Source: Alphaproteobacteria bacterium
Lineage (GTDB): Bacteria > Pseudomonadota > Alphaproteobacteria > SP197
Direction of reading: 5' to 3'
Assembly (NCBI GenBank): GCA_965228895.1
Contig: OZ245842.1
Coordinates: 992,001-1,056,000 of the forward strand
DNA length: 64,000 nt
Position numbers and translations under genes: made by a program. Shown in pieces: positions 49,197 through 59,282 of this stretch (positions within the stretch are counted from its first letter, which is position 1; every line of letters begins with the position of its first letter). The notes beneath the pieces were generated by a model that saw nothing but the letters and a program-made list of their open reading frames with translations, made no database searches and was not told the DNA's origin.

Positions 49197-50192
49197 TCAC
49201 GCGCGTTGCGCGACCACCGATTCCGGCAATTCCTTACCGAAGCAGCGCTGGTAGAACTCCGCGATTTGCGGGCGCTCCGTTTCGTCGCACTTGTTGAGGA
49301 ACGTGACGCGGAAGGCGAAGCCCAGATCGTTGAAGATCTCGGCGTTCTCGGCCCAGGTGATCACGGTGCGCGGCGACATGACGGTTGAGATGTCGCCGGC
49401 CATGAAGGCGCCGCGGGTCAAATCGGCGACCGCGACCATGGCCTTGATCTGCTCCTGGCCTTCCTTGCCTTCGAGACCTGGCATCTTGGACAGCACGATC
49501 TTCTCTTCTTCCTCGTGCGCCAGATAGTTCAGCGTCGCGACCAGGCTCCAGCGGTCCATCTGGCCCTGGTTGATCTGCTGGGTGCCGTGATAGAGGCCGG
49601 TCGTGTCGCCCAGGCCGACCGTGTTGGCGGTCGAGAACAGGCGGAACGCCGGATGCGGATGAATGACCTTGTTCTGGTCAAGCAGGGTCAGCTTGCCGGA
49701 GACTTCCAACACGCGCTGGATGACGAACATGACGTCCGGTCGGCCGGCATCGTACTCGTCGAAGACAAGCGCGACGGGGTGCTGGATCGCCCAAGGCAGG
49801 ATGCCCTCGCGATACTCGGTCACCTGTTTGCCGTCGCGCAGCACGATGGCGTCCTTGCCGACCAGATCGATACGGCTGATATGGCTGTCAAGATTGACGC
49901 GCACGCACGGCCAGTTCAGGCGCGATGCCACCTGCTCGATATGAGTCGATTTGCCGGTGCCGTGATAACCCTGGATCATCACGCGGCGGTTATGGGCAAA
50001 ACCGGCCAGGATCGCGAGCGTTGTCTCCGGATCGAAGACGTAGCTTTCGTCAACCGGCGGCACGTGATCGGTCGGTTCCGAATAGGCGGGAACCTGCATT
50101 TCCGAGTCGATACCGAACAGTTGAGGGACCGACACCATGATGTCCGGCTCTCCGGCCGGCAGCAGCCCTGAATCGGTGGTCTCAATCGCCAT
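49197..50192 (-). CDS. cobS: Cobaltochelatase subunit CobS (AAA+)
   Basis: [57 protein letters not shown]. Confidence 0.97.
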   Translation of the reverse strand: MAIETTDSGLLPAGEPDIMVSVPQLFGIDSEMQVPAYSEPTDHVPPVDESYVFDPETTLAILAGFAHNRRVMIQGYHGTGKSTHIEQVASRLNWPCVRVNLDSHISRIDLVGKDAIVLRDGKQVTEYREGILPWAIQHPVALVFDEYDAGRPDVMFVIQRVLEVSGKLTLLDQNKVIHPHPAFRLFSTANTVGLGDTTGLYHGTQQINQGQMDRWSLVATLNYLAHEEEEKIVLSKMPGLEGKEGQEQIKAMVAVADLTRGAFMAGDISTVMSPRTVITWAENAEIFNDLGFAFRVTFLNKCDETERPQIAEFYQRCFGKELPESVVAQRA

Positions 50193-50220
50193 GGTCTAAC
50201 TTTCACTCGTTGCAAACGGG

Positions 50221-50247
50221 ATGGGGCCAGGCGGCCATCGATCTCAA
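50221..50247 (-). promoter_or_regulatory. Possible RpoH (sigma32)-type promoter of cobST
   Basis: Minus strand TTGAGA - 15 bp - CCCCAT upstream of cobS. Confidence 0.3.
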
Positions 50248-50363
50248 TCGACTTGATCCCTATCGATCGGATCAGCGGCACAGGCCGAAAACGACGACAC
50301 TCTGGGCAGAATCGGGCGGGAACATTGGCATAACGACCCCTTAGGGTACAAGTCGCGAAGCCG

Positions 50364-50963
50364 TCATATCTCCTGTTTCTTTTCGCTCAACAGGCGATAG
50401 GCCCAAATCACCAGTCGAAGGCGCTCCTCGGCCTCCTTGTCGCCGCCATTGGCGTCGGGATGGTGAATTTTCACTTCTTCCTTGAACCGGTGTTTTATGT
50501 GTTCCTCGGAAGCACCCGGTTCAACCTTCAAAATGATCTCGGCCTTGCGTTCGTCGGGCAGGGAATTGGCCCGTTCCTCGTCACTGCGCGCGCTGTCGCC
50601 GCCGGCCTCGTCGCCATCGACGAAATTGAAGGGGTCGTCGATGCGCTCGTTCAAAATGGCCTCGCGCCATGCGCGCGTAAAGGCCTCGCGGTCGGCCGGA
50701 CGCCAGGTTCTGCGGTGCCAGTAGAGGTCGGCGCGCTGATAGGCCTCGATCTCGTCGCGCGACCAGCCCTCGAAATAGTTCCACGCCTTGTTGAACTGGC
50801 GGATGTGTTCCAGGCAGAAGTACTGGTACTGCCGCAGATTGTCTCGAGACAATGGCGCCTTGAACTCGCCGGCCTCGACGCATCCGGCCCAGCTGCAACG
50901 CGTCGTGTCCGTGTCGACGGGCGCTACCGAGTTGACGTCAATCTGAGGTTTGGCCTGGCTCAT
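50364..50963 (-). CDS. DnaJ-domain protein (alphaproteobacterial cobS-linked family)
   Basis: C.W.GC...GEFKAP...FCLEHIRQFNKAWNYF N-domain; C-terminal J-domain with HHPDANGGD. Confidence 0.9.
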   Translation of the reverse strand: MSQAKPQIDVNSVAPVDTDTTRCSWAGCVEAGEFKAPLSRDNLRQYQYFCLEHIRQFNKAWNYFEGWSRDEIEAYQRADLYWHRRTWRPADREAFTRAWREAILNERIDDPFNFVDGDEAGGDSARSDEERANSLPDERKAEIILKVEPGASEEHIKHRFKEEVKIHHPDANGGDKEAEERLRLVIWAYRLLSEKKQEI

Positions 50964-51019
50964 GGGCGAAGTATGGTGGCGCGTATCAGGCCTGACAAGG
51001 CACACGGGCGATAGAGAAC

Positions 51020-51307
51020 GTGGAGAATGCCATGCGCGTCGCGCAAGCCATCGAACAAAAACTGGAAGCGGCGCTGAAGCCCCAACAACTTGATATTGTT
51101 GATGAATCCCATCTCCACGCCGGTCATGCGGGTGCCCGGCCAGAGGGCGAGAGCCATTTTCGCGTGACAGTGGTCGCCGAACAATTTCGTGGTCTCGGCC
51201 GTGTCCAGCGCCAGAGGCTGGTTTACCAGGCGCTGGCCGACGAAATGGCCAGCGACATTCATGCGTTAGCCCTTGTCACGCAGACGCCCGAAGAGGCGGC
51301 GGGCTAG
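51020..51307 (+). CDS. bolA: BolA family protein
   Basis: DESHLHAGH, GESHFRV.VV...F.G..RV.RQRLVY.AL...IHALAL. Start GTG 51020 or ATG 51032. Confidence 0.93.
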   Translation: MENAMRVAQAIEQKLEAALKPQQLDIVDESHLHAGHAGARPEGESHFRVTVVAEQFRGLGRVQRQRLVYQALADEMASDIHALALVTQTPEEAAG

Positions 51308-51319
51308 TACCAAGCCGCT

Positions 51320-51892
51320 TTAGTCGCCGGCAGCCTTACCGGGTTCGCCGGTGTACCAGTCGGGATATTCGTGCGCGACGACGGGACCATCGCTGGCCCA
51401 GGCGTGACAACCGTCGATAACAAACGGCTTGCGCCCGGCTTCTTCGGACTCTTCTCGTTTCTTGCTGCGTTTGCCGTACATCGTCTGAATGGCAACCGTC
51501 GCCATGCGGCCCAGCATCTCGCGCATATGGGTGCAGCCTTGTGTACCGCCCAAGAGTGCACGAACGCGCCGGTTCCAGCCGGTTCCGATGCGCTCGCCGA
51601 TCAGTTTTTTGTGGGTTGGCGCGATGTGATTACAGATCGCAAATGGTGTGTGGTCCATGGCTGCCTCGACATCGTGGACAACAAACTCTTCATCCAGTGT
51701 CAAACGCAGCCACATGCCGTGAATCGGCTCGCCGGCTTCAATCCGGCCGCGGTCACGGTTGTCGAACCCATAGGTCTTCACGTCCGTCAGGTGGGCCTCG
51801 ATATCCCACAGGCCGTCGTCGCGCTCGTAGCCTTCGCAAACGATGGTGCGGTTGTGCAGCAGGCGACGCGGTGCCGGTTCGGGCAGGGGCAT
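51320..51892 (-). CDS. DUF2889 family protein
   Basis: PRRLLHNR.I.CEGY.RDDGLWDIEAHLTD.K, HGMWLRLT, GTQGCTHMRE, IDGCHAW...G.VV....P. Start moved to 51892. Confidence 0.88.
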   Translation of the reverse strand: MPLPEPAPRRLLHNRTIVCEGYERDDGLWDIEAHLTDVKTYGFDNRDRGRIEAGEPIHGMWLRLTLDEEFVVHDVEAAMDHTPFAICNHIAPTHKKLIGERIGTGWNRRVRALLGGTQGCTHMREMLGRMATVAIQTMYGKRSKKREESEEAGRKPFVIDGCHAWASDGPVVAHEYPDWYTGEPGKAAGD

Positions 51893-51923
51893 GCCGATCT
51901 CCAAAAAATTGTGCAGTGCACCA

Positions 51924-52060
51924 TAGAGCAGATCCGGCTTGGTGGGAATCGCATTGCGAATCCCACCAAGCCGGTGAATCTGCTCTCCCATTTGATTTAG
52001 AGCGGATTCACGCGATGAGATGGAATCGCGAGCCGGTCCATCTCATCGCGACCCGCTCTA
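51924..52060. repeat. Two-hairpin intergenic repeat (BRU-RS/CIR-like)
   Basis: Hairpin 1 TAGAGCAGATCCGGCTTGGTGGGA...TCCCACCAAGCCGGTGAATCTGCTCT (51924-51986); hairpin 2 TAGAGCGG..CGCGATGAGATGGA...TCCATCTCATCGCGACCCGCTCTA (51998-52060). Confidence 0.75.
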
Positions 52061-52089
52061 GCGCCTAGCTGGAAGCTGGCGCAAGCCGG

Positions 52090-52983
52090 TCAGGGCGTGC
52101 CGGCGGCCCACCAGGCGAGCGGAATCAAGCCGGGCAGCAGCACCAGCACGACGACGGTCGAGATCACGATGTAGCTTGCGACTTCGCCCGGCGAGCGATC
52201 GAACCGTACGGCCATCAGGTAGTTAAAGACCGCACCCGGCATACAGCAGGCGATCGTCACGACGCCCTGGGCCACGCCGTCGAGGCCAAGCACCCAGCCG
52301 ATGACGACGGATAACCCGAGACCGGCCGCGACACGCAGCAGGGCGAGCACAAGCGGTGTGGCAAGCCGCGTGACATGCATGCGCGACAAGGACACGCCCA
52401 GCATGATCAGCATCAACGGTATCGTCATGCCGGCCAGAAGCTCGGTCGTGTTGAGCAGCCAGACCGGCGGCGCGGTGTCGGTCAAGGTGAAGGCAAGCGC
52501 CAGGGCGATCGCATAGGGGTGCGGCGTTTTCACCATCATCATCGGCGACGGCTGGGCCGAGATCAGCCACATGCCGATCGTGAAAAACAGGATCGACTGT
52601 GTCGCGAACATGATCAGCGCCAGTTCCAGCCCCTCCTGACCAAACGCGAAAAGGCCGAGCGGTAAGCCGAGGTTGCCGAGGTTGCCGAAGACGACGGGCA
52701 GCAGATAGACGCCGCGCGGCAGCTTCAGCAGGCGCAGCATCAACGGGCCGACAAGGATGAAGCCGCCCATGATCATGATCGAGGCAAGCGCCATCCTGCC
52801 CAGTTCCGCCGGTGCGATGCTGAGCGTCGACAAGGTCGAAAAGATCAGGCAAGGCGCGCCGATGTTCAGGACCAGCTGACTCGCCGCGCCGGTATCGACG
52901 GGCTTGCCGCGCTTGCCCCAGACGACGCCGATCAGGATGGCGGCGATGACGGGAACGAGAACCGGGACCAGCGCGGCGATCAT
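52090..52983 (-). CDS. AEC (auxin efflux carrier) family transporter
   Basis: About 10 TM segments; PCLIFS, FGN.GNLGLPL..FAFG, IPLML..LG.SL, MP.AV..YL.A. Confidence 0.9.
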   Translation of the reverse strand: MIAALVPVLVPVIAAILIGVVWGKRGKPVDTGAASQLVLNIGAPCLIFSTLSTLSIAPAELGRMALASIMIMGGFILVGPLMLRLLKLPRGVYLLPVVFGNLGNLGLPLGLFAFGQEGLELALIMFATQSILFFTIGMWLISAQPSPMMMVKTPHPYAIALALAFTLTDTAPPVWLLNTTELLAGMTIPLMLIMLGVSLSRMHVTRLATPLVLALLRVAAGLGLSVVIGWVLGLDGVAQGVVTIACCMPGAVFNYLMAVRFDRSPGEVASYIVISTVVVLVLLPGLIPLAWWAAGTP

Positions 52984-53080
52984 GATGCGCGTAGATCGCG
53001 ACGAAGGGGTGCGTCCCGTCTTGCTGTTGACACGAGCAGATTGCCCCTCGCCGCGTCCCTGTCGACATATCGGCTTCTTC

Positions 53081-53241
53081 TCCCTCTCCCCTTGAGGGAG
53101 AGGGTTGGGGTGAGGGGTCGCGCGTCAGCGCGCAGCAGAACTGAAGACGTTGCCAAAGAGACCAACTCCCCCTCACCCAGCTCTGGCTAGGGCGCTATCA
53201 CGCCCAAGCCTACGCAACCCTCTCCCTCAAGGGGAGAGGGA
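53081..53241. repeat. REP/MITE-like element with perfect 27-bp terminal inverted repeats
   Basis: TCCCTCTCCCCTTGAGGGAGAGGGTTG (53081-53107) is the exact reverse complement of 53215-53241; inner GGGTGAGGGG / CCCCTCACCC. Confidence 0.8.
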
Positions 53242-53282
53242 CGATTTCGGCATCGTCAACATACACAACACCCATGCGCCGG

Positions 53283-54575
53283 TCAGGCGGGCGTGTCGTC
53301 CTCGCCGTTGAGCGTCTCGTCCAAGGGCGTCAGCTTGAGTTCGGTGAGCTGATTACGCTGGCGGCCGGTGACCTCGAAGCGGAAACCGTGAAACACAAAG
53401 ATCTGGCCGACTTCCGGAATCTGCCGGGCTTCGTGAATCACCAGGCCGGCGATGGTGTTGGCCTCCTCGTCGGGTAGGTTCCAGTCGAACTCACGGTTCA
53501 GGTCGCGGATGGTCGCCGTGCCGTCAACCGTGAACGAGCCGTCTTCCGATACGGCGAAGTCCTGGATGTCCTCGTCGTATTCGTCTTCGATCTCGCCGAC
53601 GATTTCCTCAAGAATGTCCTCCATGGTGACGACGCCCATCAAGGTGCCGTACTCATCGACAACCAATGCGAAGTGGGCATGACGCTGACGGAAGTTGGTC
53701 AGCTGCTCGGAGAGCGTCGTGGTGTCCGGCACGAACCATGGCTCGCTGGCGATGTCGACGATGGCGAGTCCCTCGGTCCGGCCTTCCGACCGGCGCAGTT
53801 CACGCAACAGGTTCTTGGCATGCAAAACGCCGATGATGTTGTCGGGTTCATCGCGCCACAGCGGGATACGCGTATAGGGGCTGGCCAGGATCTCGTCGAT
53901 CAGCTCGTCGACCGGGCCGTCGGCGTCGACGGTGACCAATGACCGCCGGTGCGTCATGACCTCGCCGACCTCGACTTGCCCCAGGTCCAGGATGCTGTCG
54001 AGCATGTCGTGCTCGTCCTTGACCAGGCCGCCCTCGTGTTTGTAGAGCGCCAAGGCGCCACGAATCTCCGCTTCCGATGTTGCGTTGCCATCACTGTCGC
54101 GCACGCCGATGAGGCGGAAGATGACGATGACCAGCCACTGAATGGCAGAGGTAACGGGCGCCAATATCCGCACCAAAACGCTCATGACCGGTGCAATGGT
54201 CAGGGCGAACCGTTCGGGCTTGCGGATCGCCAGTGTCTTGGGCATGACTTCGGCAAAAACAACCACCAGGGCGGTCATGACGACGGTCGCGTAAACGATG
54301 CCCGCCTCGCCGAACATTTGACTGAAAGCATAGCCGGCAAGCGTTGACGCAAAGATGTTGACCAGGTTGTTGCCAAGAAGAATGGCGCCAATCAGGTGCT
54401 CGCGATCGCCGATCAGGCGCGACACCAGGCGGGCACGGCGATTGCCTTCGATCTCCAGGTGATGGATGAGCGACCGGTTGGTCGCCGTCAGAGCAGTCTC
54501 GGAGCCAGAAAAGAACGCCGACAGGATGATCATAAAAAAGATCACCACGACGGCTGCTTCCACTATCGGAACCAT
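53283..54575 (-). CDS. HlyC/CorC (CNNM + CBS + CorC) family transporter
   Basis: SAFFSGSETALT, ILLGNNLVNI, FAEVMPKT, VGEVMTHR, ALVVDEYG...G.VT.EDILEEIVGEIEDE. Confidence 0.94.
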   Translation of the reverse strand: MVPIVEAAVVVIFFMIILSAFFSGSETALTATNRSLIHHLEIEGNRRARLVSRLIGDREHLIGAILLGNNLVNIFASTLAGYAFSQMFGEAGIVYATVVMTALVVVFAEVMPKTLAIRKPERFALTIAPVMSVLVRILAPVTSAIQWLVIVIFRLIGVRDSDGNATSEAEIRGALALYKHEGGLVKDEHDMLDSILDLGQVEVGEVMTHRRSLVTVDADGPVDELIDEILASPYTRIPLWRDEPDNIIGVLHAKNLLRELRRSEGRTEGLAIVDIASEPWFVPDTTTLSEQLTNFRQRHAHFALVVDEYGTLMGVVTMEDILEEIVGEIEDEYDEDIQDFAVSEDGSFTVDGTATIRDLNREFDWNLPDEEANTIAGLVIHEARQIPEVGQIFVFHGFRFEVTGRQRNQLTELKLTPLDETLNGEDDTPA

Positions 54576-54624
54576 GATCGGGTCTCGTTCAGTCGGTTGT
54601 TTGCAAGGGGCAGGACAACAGCGT

Positions 54625-55755
54625 TCAAGGGCTGGCGTCCGGGTTGGCGAGACGGTTCGCCAGGTATCCGTTGATGTCGATCAGATCGACATCGCGGGTC
54701 AGGAAGGCCTGACCGATGCCGTGGACAAGAACAAACGTCAGTTGTCCGTCCTTGACCTTCTTGTCCTGCATCATGTGCGCGGTGATGCGTTCGGCATCCC
54801 ACGTGACGCCTTTGATCTCACTGGGATGGACGGGCAGGCCGACGCTGCTCAGGTGTTGACGCACGCGGTTTGCGTCGTGATCGCTGCACAATCCCATCTG
54901 GGCTGAGAACCCGTAGGCCATGACCATACCGAGAGCGACGGCTTCACCGTGCAGCAACGCGTCGGAAAAGGCAGCTTCGGTTTCTAACGCGTGGCCAAAC
55001 GTGTGGCCCAGATTCAACAGCGCGCGTGCGCCGGATTCCGTCTCGTCGCGAGCGACGATCTCGGCCTTGGCGCGGCAGCTTGTCTTGACCGCGTGGTGTT
55101 GGGCCTGGATGTCACCGTCGATCACCGCCTGGCCGTTGGTTTCGAGCCAGGCAAAAAAGTCGGCGTCGCCCAGCAGGCCGTACTTGACCACCTCCGCATA
55201 ACCCGCGCGCAATTCGCGCGGCGGCAGCGTCTTCAGCAAACCCAGATCGGCGATCACCAGGCGCGGCTGATGGAACGCGCCGACCAGGTTCTTGCCCTGG
55301 CGTGTATCGATGCCGGTCTTGCCGCCGACCGAACTGTCGACCTGGGCCAGAAGCGTGGTCGGGATCTGCACGAAATCGACACCGCGACGCAGAATGGCAC
55401 TGGCGAAGCCCGTGAGGTCGCCGATCACGCCGCCGCCAAGCGCCAGCACGATATCGCTGCGCTCAACGCCTTCGTCCAGCATGGCGTTCAGCAGCCTCTC
55501 CAGATGCGTGAAGTCCTTGGTCTTCTCACCAGGCGGCAGGGTGAACGAGCGATGCCTTATCCCCGCGTCATCAAGGGCCTTGTGCAGCGTCGGCAGGTGG
55601 TGCTCGGCGATATTGCGGTCGGTGACGATGAACACGGCGTCACGCTGCAGCACGGGCGCCAGCAATTCGGGCGTCTGCGCCAGCAGGTCTTCACCGATCA
55701 CGATCTTATAGCTGCGCTTGCCCAGCGCGACGTCAACGTGGTCGAACGTACTCAT
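54625..55755 (-). CDS. aroB: 3-dehydroquinate synthase
   Basis: GEKTK, ALGGGVIGDL.GF, PTTLLAQVDSSVGGKTG, LNLGHTFGHALE, LHGEAVA. Confidence 0.97.
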   Translation of the reverse strand: MSTFDHVDVALGKRSYKIVIGEDLLAQTPELLAPVLQRDAVFIVTDRNIAEHHLPTLHKALDDAGIRHRSFTLPPGEKTKDFTHLERLLNAMLDEGVERSDIVLALGGGVIGDLTGFASAILRRGVDFVQIPTTLLAQVDSSVGGKTGIDTRQGKNLVGAFHQPRLVIADLGLLKTLPPRELRAGYAEVVKYGLLGDADFFAWLETNGQAVIDGDIQAQHHAVKTSCRAKAEIVARDETESGARALLNLGHTFGHALETEAAFSDALLHGEAVALGMVMAYGFSAQMGLCSDHDANRVRQHLSSVGLPVHPSEIKGVTWDAERITAHMMQDKKVKDGQLTFVLVHGIGQAFLTRDVDLIDINGYLANRLANPDASP

Positions 55756-56297
55756 GCCTGTTCCTTCATCGCCTCCAGGGCGGTAACGATCCGTTCGACC
55801 ACGGCCTCGTGCGGTCCGTCGTCGCTGTCGATGACAACATCGGCGAGGGCATAGATCGGATAACGTTCGTCCATCAGCCGCTGCATGATCTCACGTGGAT
55901 CACCGGTCTTCAGCAGCGGCCGGTTGTCGCGCCGCGTAACCCGGCTGACCAGGAGGTCCAGGTCGGCGCGCAGCCAGACCGATATCGATCGCTTGGCGAT
56001 ACGTTTGCGTGTCTTCTCGTTCATGAAGGCGCCACCGCCGGTCGCCAGCACCTTGGGCTCGCCCTGCAGGAGCCGCGCGATCACCCGACTTTCACCGTCG
56101 CGGAACGCAGCTTCGCCGTGGCGCTCGAAGAACTCCGGGATCGTACACCCGGCCGCGGACTCGATTTCGTGATCGGCATCCAGGAACGGCAGGTTCAAAC
56201 GCGTCGCCAAGCGGCGCCCGACCGTCGACTTGCCGGCACCCATCAGTCCGACCAGCGTGATGGTCTTGGGGAAGGATTGTGAACGTGATTTGGTCAA
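55752..56297 (-). CDS. aroK: Shikimate kinase
   Basis: LVGLMGAGKSTVG, F.D.D, GEAAFRDGE, LATGGGA, RPLL, R.PIY; stop overlaps the aroB start. Confidence 0.96.
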   Translation of the reverse strand: MTKSRSQSFPKTITLVGLMGAGKSTVGRRLATRLNLPFLDADHEIESAAGCTIPEFFERHGEAAFRDGESRVIARLLQGEPKVLATGGGAFMNEKTRKRIAKRSISVWLRADLDLLVSRVTRRDNRPLLKTGDPREIMQRLMDERYPIYALADVVIDSDDGPHEAVVERIVTALEAMKEQA

Positions 56298-56418
56298 AAC
56301 GGCCCGGATGGCTTAGGAGATCAGGGCGCCGCAATGTCGTGGATTGCCGTACAAGCGCCATGATGCGACGATAGCACAAAGTTTTCTTAACCGCCCATTT
56401 CAGCTACATTATGAGGCC

Positions 56419-56559
56419 ATGGGGTTCTTCACAAAACTCTTCCTTTTGCTCGTGGTGATCATCGTCGTCGGGGGTGGCACCTTTCTCATGACCTGGGATA
56501 TCCCGCCGCCAACCACCACGGTTGAGAAAACCATTCCGGATGACCGCTTTACCAATTAG
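56419..56559 (+). CDS. Small single-pass membrane protein (46 aa)
   Basis: MGFFTKLFLLLVVIIVVGGGTFLMTWDIPPPTTTVEKTIPDDRFTN; GAGG before the ATG; overlaps the next gene by 20 bp. Confidence 0.65.
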   Translation: MGFFTKLFLLLVVIIVVGGGTFLMTWDIPPPTTTVEKTIPDDRFTN

Positions 56560-58309
56560 CCGGCTGGCCCTGGCCGTTTTCCTGTGTTTGTTGTGGTCGA
56601 CCGGTGCGTCATTGGCGCAGTCGGAGACCAACGAACCGCTGTTCATTATCCCCGGTTTCGACCAGGACAGCGACGGTCAGGCCGGAACCGGTGACTTGGT
56701 GGCGCCGGACGTGGAAGTCGAGGCGTTGACCGCACCCAGTGGCGGCGGCGCCGGTCTGCTGGATTCCGCCACCGGCGGTCTACCCAGCGACATGTGGCGC
56801 GACGCGGACCCCGCGATCGCACAGGCGCTGATGCCGAACATCCCGACCGCGACCGATTCCGCGGCCATGAACCGGCTTGCCGGACGGCTGCTGCTGTCGG
56901 CCGCCGAGCCGCCTCGCGCCATCGATCCCGCCGAATTCCTGGGTTACAGGGTCGATCGTCTGGTTGCGCTGGGCCGTGGCGAGGATGCCGAGGCCCTGTT
57001 GAGCAGTGCCGGCAACCTGACGCGCGAGCCGGCGGTTATGGGGCCACGCATCAACCGGATGCTGTTGGACGGCGATGTCGCCAGCGCCTGTCCGCTGGTG
57101 CGTGAGATCCTGCGGACCGATGACGCGGTCTACTGGCAGGAAGCGATGATTTTCTGTCAGCGGATCGACGGTCAGGATGCCCAAGCCGATCTGGGTTTAA
57201 GCCTATTGCGCGACCAAGGTGCCGATATCAGCCCGTTGTTCTTGCGCCTCGACCGTGCGGTTCGCGGCGAACCGGGCGCAACGCTGGACTCGCTCGCCGA
57301 TATCGATCCGCTTCTGCTCGCCATGGCGCTGAAGGCCGACGTTGCGATCCTGCCGGCCGCCGTGACCGACGGCGAACCGGCCGTCCTGGCGGCGTTGGCC
57401 CAGGACAAGGATCTGACCCTCGATACGCGCCTGCCTGCCGGCGAAATCGCCGTGGCGCAGGCGGTGCTCGATCCCGCCGAACTGGGGACGCTTTATGATG
57501 AGGTCACGTTTACCGATGCCGAACGCGCCAACGCCCTGAGCTCGGCTCAGAAGATTGGCGGCCCCAAGGGACGCGCGCTGCTTTACCAGGCGGGCCAGAC
57601 CCAGCCGACCGAAACAGCGCGGGCGGAAGTTTATCGGGCCCTGCTGGCCAACGCCGTGGATGACGGCGGTATCGTGAGCTACGCGGCGATCGCGCGCGTG
57701 ATTGCGCCCGATCTATCGACGCTGCGCCTGACGCCGGAGCTGTCATGGTTCGCCGGCGACGCGGTCGCGGCGCTGCTGGTGGCCGGCGACCCCGAAGCGG
57801 CCGCGCGCTGGTGGCCGTTGCTTGAGGATCGCGCACGGTCCGACGGGACGGCCCTGGCCGAGACCCGTACGCTATGGCCGTTGATGCGTATGGCGTTTGG
57901 CGAACAACTGCCCGATGACGGCGAGCGCATGAAGGTTTGGTGGGACCAGATCGCGACCGATGGCGACGTTGATGGCAACCAGCGCATGCGCGGTGAGGTT
58001 TATGCGTCCCTGCTGACCGGCTTGGATGACGCGGCTGTCGATCCTCTGTTGCCCGAGCTTATGGTCGGGGCCCAGGAAAGTCGGGAAGCCGTTCAGAAGA
58101 CTGTCCTGATCGACGCCATGATCCGCTCGGCCAGCACACAACAGATCGGCCAGACCGTGCTTGTCGCATTGGTTGTGCTGGGCAATGGCGGTCCCGCAGG
58201 CGCCGATCCGGTGACGCTGGGCGCGGTCGTGTCGGCACTGCGGGAAGTCGGGCTGGGCCAGGATGCCCGGCTGATCGCCCTGGAGGCGGCTTTCGCCAAC
58301 GGCGCCTGA
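56540..58309 (+). CDS. Conserved hypothetical exported alpha-helical protein upstream of xerD
   Basis: Signal peptide ending SLA-Q; G.L....GGLP.DMW, RLLLS.A.PP; ending L..VV.AL..VGL..DAR..ALEA; host-like codon usage. Confidence 0.8.
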   Translation: MTALPISRLALAVFLCLLWSTGASLAQSETNEPLFIIPGFDQDSDGQAGTGDLVAPDVEVEALTAPSGGGAGLLDSATGGLPSDMWRDADPAIAQALMPNIPTATDSAAMNRLAGRLLLSAAEPPRAIDPAEFLGYRVDRLVALGRGEDAEALLSSAGNLTREPAVMGPRINRMLLDGDVASACPLVREILRTDDAVYWQEAMIFCQRIDGQDAQADLGLSLLRDQGADISPLFLRLDRAVRGEPGATLDSLADIDPLLLAMALKADVAILPAAVTDGEPAVLAALAQDKDLTLDTRLPAGEIAVAQAVLDPAELGTLYDEVTFTDAERANALSSAQKIGGPKGRALLYQAGQTQPTETARAEVYRALLANAVDDGGIVSYAAIARVIAPDLSTLRLTPELSWFAGDAVAALLVAGDPEAAARWWPLLEDRARSDGTALAETRTLWPLMRMAFGEQLPDDGERMKVWWDQIATDGDVDGNQRMRGEVYASLLTGLDDAAVDPLLPELMVGAQESREAVQKTVLIDAMIRSASTQQIGQTVLVALVVLGNGGPAGADPVTLGAVVSALREVGLGQDARLIALEAAFANGA

Positions 58310-58312
58310 ACC

Positions 58313-59218
58313 ATGACAGCCAACGAACCCGTCGACCGGACCCGGGGCATCGAGACCTTCCTGGAAATGATGCTGGCCGAACGTGGCGCGGCCGCCAACA
58401 CGGTCGCCGCCTATGAGCGAGACCTTTTGGACGCCGCTGAGTTCCTGGCGCGCCGCAAGGTCACGCTGGCCGATGCCGGGACCGAGAATCTGCGTGCCTA
58501 TCTGGCGGCGATCAACCGGCGCGGCAGCAGCGCCAGCACCGCGGCACGGCGTCTGTCGTGCCTTCGCCAGTTCTTTCGTTTCCTCTACGCCGAGGGCGAA
58601 CGCACGGACGATCCCAGCGCCGCCATCGAAGCACCGCGCCGGGGCGCCTCCATCCCGAAGGTGTTGAGCGAGCAGGACGTTGACGCCTTGCTGGCTGCCG
58701 CGCGGTCGGGTGAGGGCGCCGATGGACTGCGCCGTCAAGCCGTCATCGAGTTGCTCTATGCGACCGGCTTGCGCGTATCCGAACTGATCGCTCTGCCGGC
58801 TTCGGCGGCAGCGGACGACCGGCCCTACTTGGTGGTCCGCGGCAAAGGCAACAAGGAGCGCCTGGTCCCGCTTGGCGGGCCGGCCCAGGATGCCGTGGCC
58901 GCATGGCGCACCGTTTGCGACAGCGGTTCGCCCTGGCTCTTCCCGTCACGTGCCGCCGGTGGTCATATGACGCGCCAGACCGTCGGCAACATGCTGAAGG
59001 ATCTGGCGCGCGAGGCCGGTATCGATCCGGCCCGGGTCTCGCCCCACGTCATGCGCCACGCCTTTGCCAGCCACCTTCTGGCCCATGGCGCCGATCTCAG
59101 ATCGGTCCAGAAACTCCTGGGTCATGCCGACATATCGACAACCCAGATTTACACCCATGTGCTAGAAGAACGTCTGAAACAAGCCGTCGCCGAGCACCAC
59201 CCGCTAGCACGGGCTTGA
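58313..59218 (+). CDS. xerD: Site-specific tyrosine recombinase XerD
   Basis: ERGAAANT..AY.RDL, LYATGLRVSEL, GKGNKERLVP, SPHVMRHAFASHLL..GADLRSVQ.LLGHADISTTQIYTH. Confidence 0.93.
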   Translation: MTANEPVDRTRGIETFLEMMLAERGAAANTVAAYERDLLDAAEFLARRKVTLADAGTENLRAYLAAINRRGSSASTAARRLSCLRQFFRFLYAEGERTDDPSAAIEAPRRGASIPKVLSEQDVDALLAAARSGEGADGLRRQAVIELLYATGLRVSELIALPASAAADDRPYLVVRGKGNKERLVPLGGPAQDAVAAWRTVCDSGSPWLFPSRAAGGHMTRQTVGNMLKDLAREAGIDPARVSPHVMRHAFASHLLAHGADLRSVQKLLGHADISTTQIYTHVLEERLKQAVAEHHPLARA

Positions 59219-59282
59219 CAGCCAGGGGTTCCAAAAGGCATTGGAGCGCCCAAATCAGGGGTTAGCCCACCGGGAGGAATTG

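Noticed and set aside
51893-51991. N-terminal extension of the DUF2889 ORF
   Set aside because: Runs through the palindromic repeat; the family start MPLPEP is at 51892.
53081-53241. Repeats as a CRISPR array or IS ends
   Set aside because: No repeat-spacer periodicity, no cas genes and no transposase.
58313-59218. Tyrosine recombinase as a possible phage or island integrase
   Set aside because: Motifs and the aroK / accA context match housekeeping XerD; no att sites or cargo seen.
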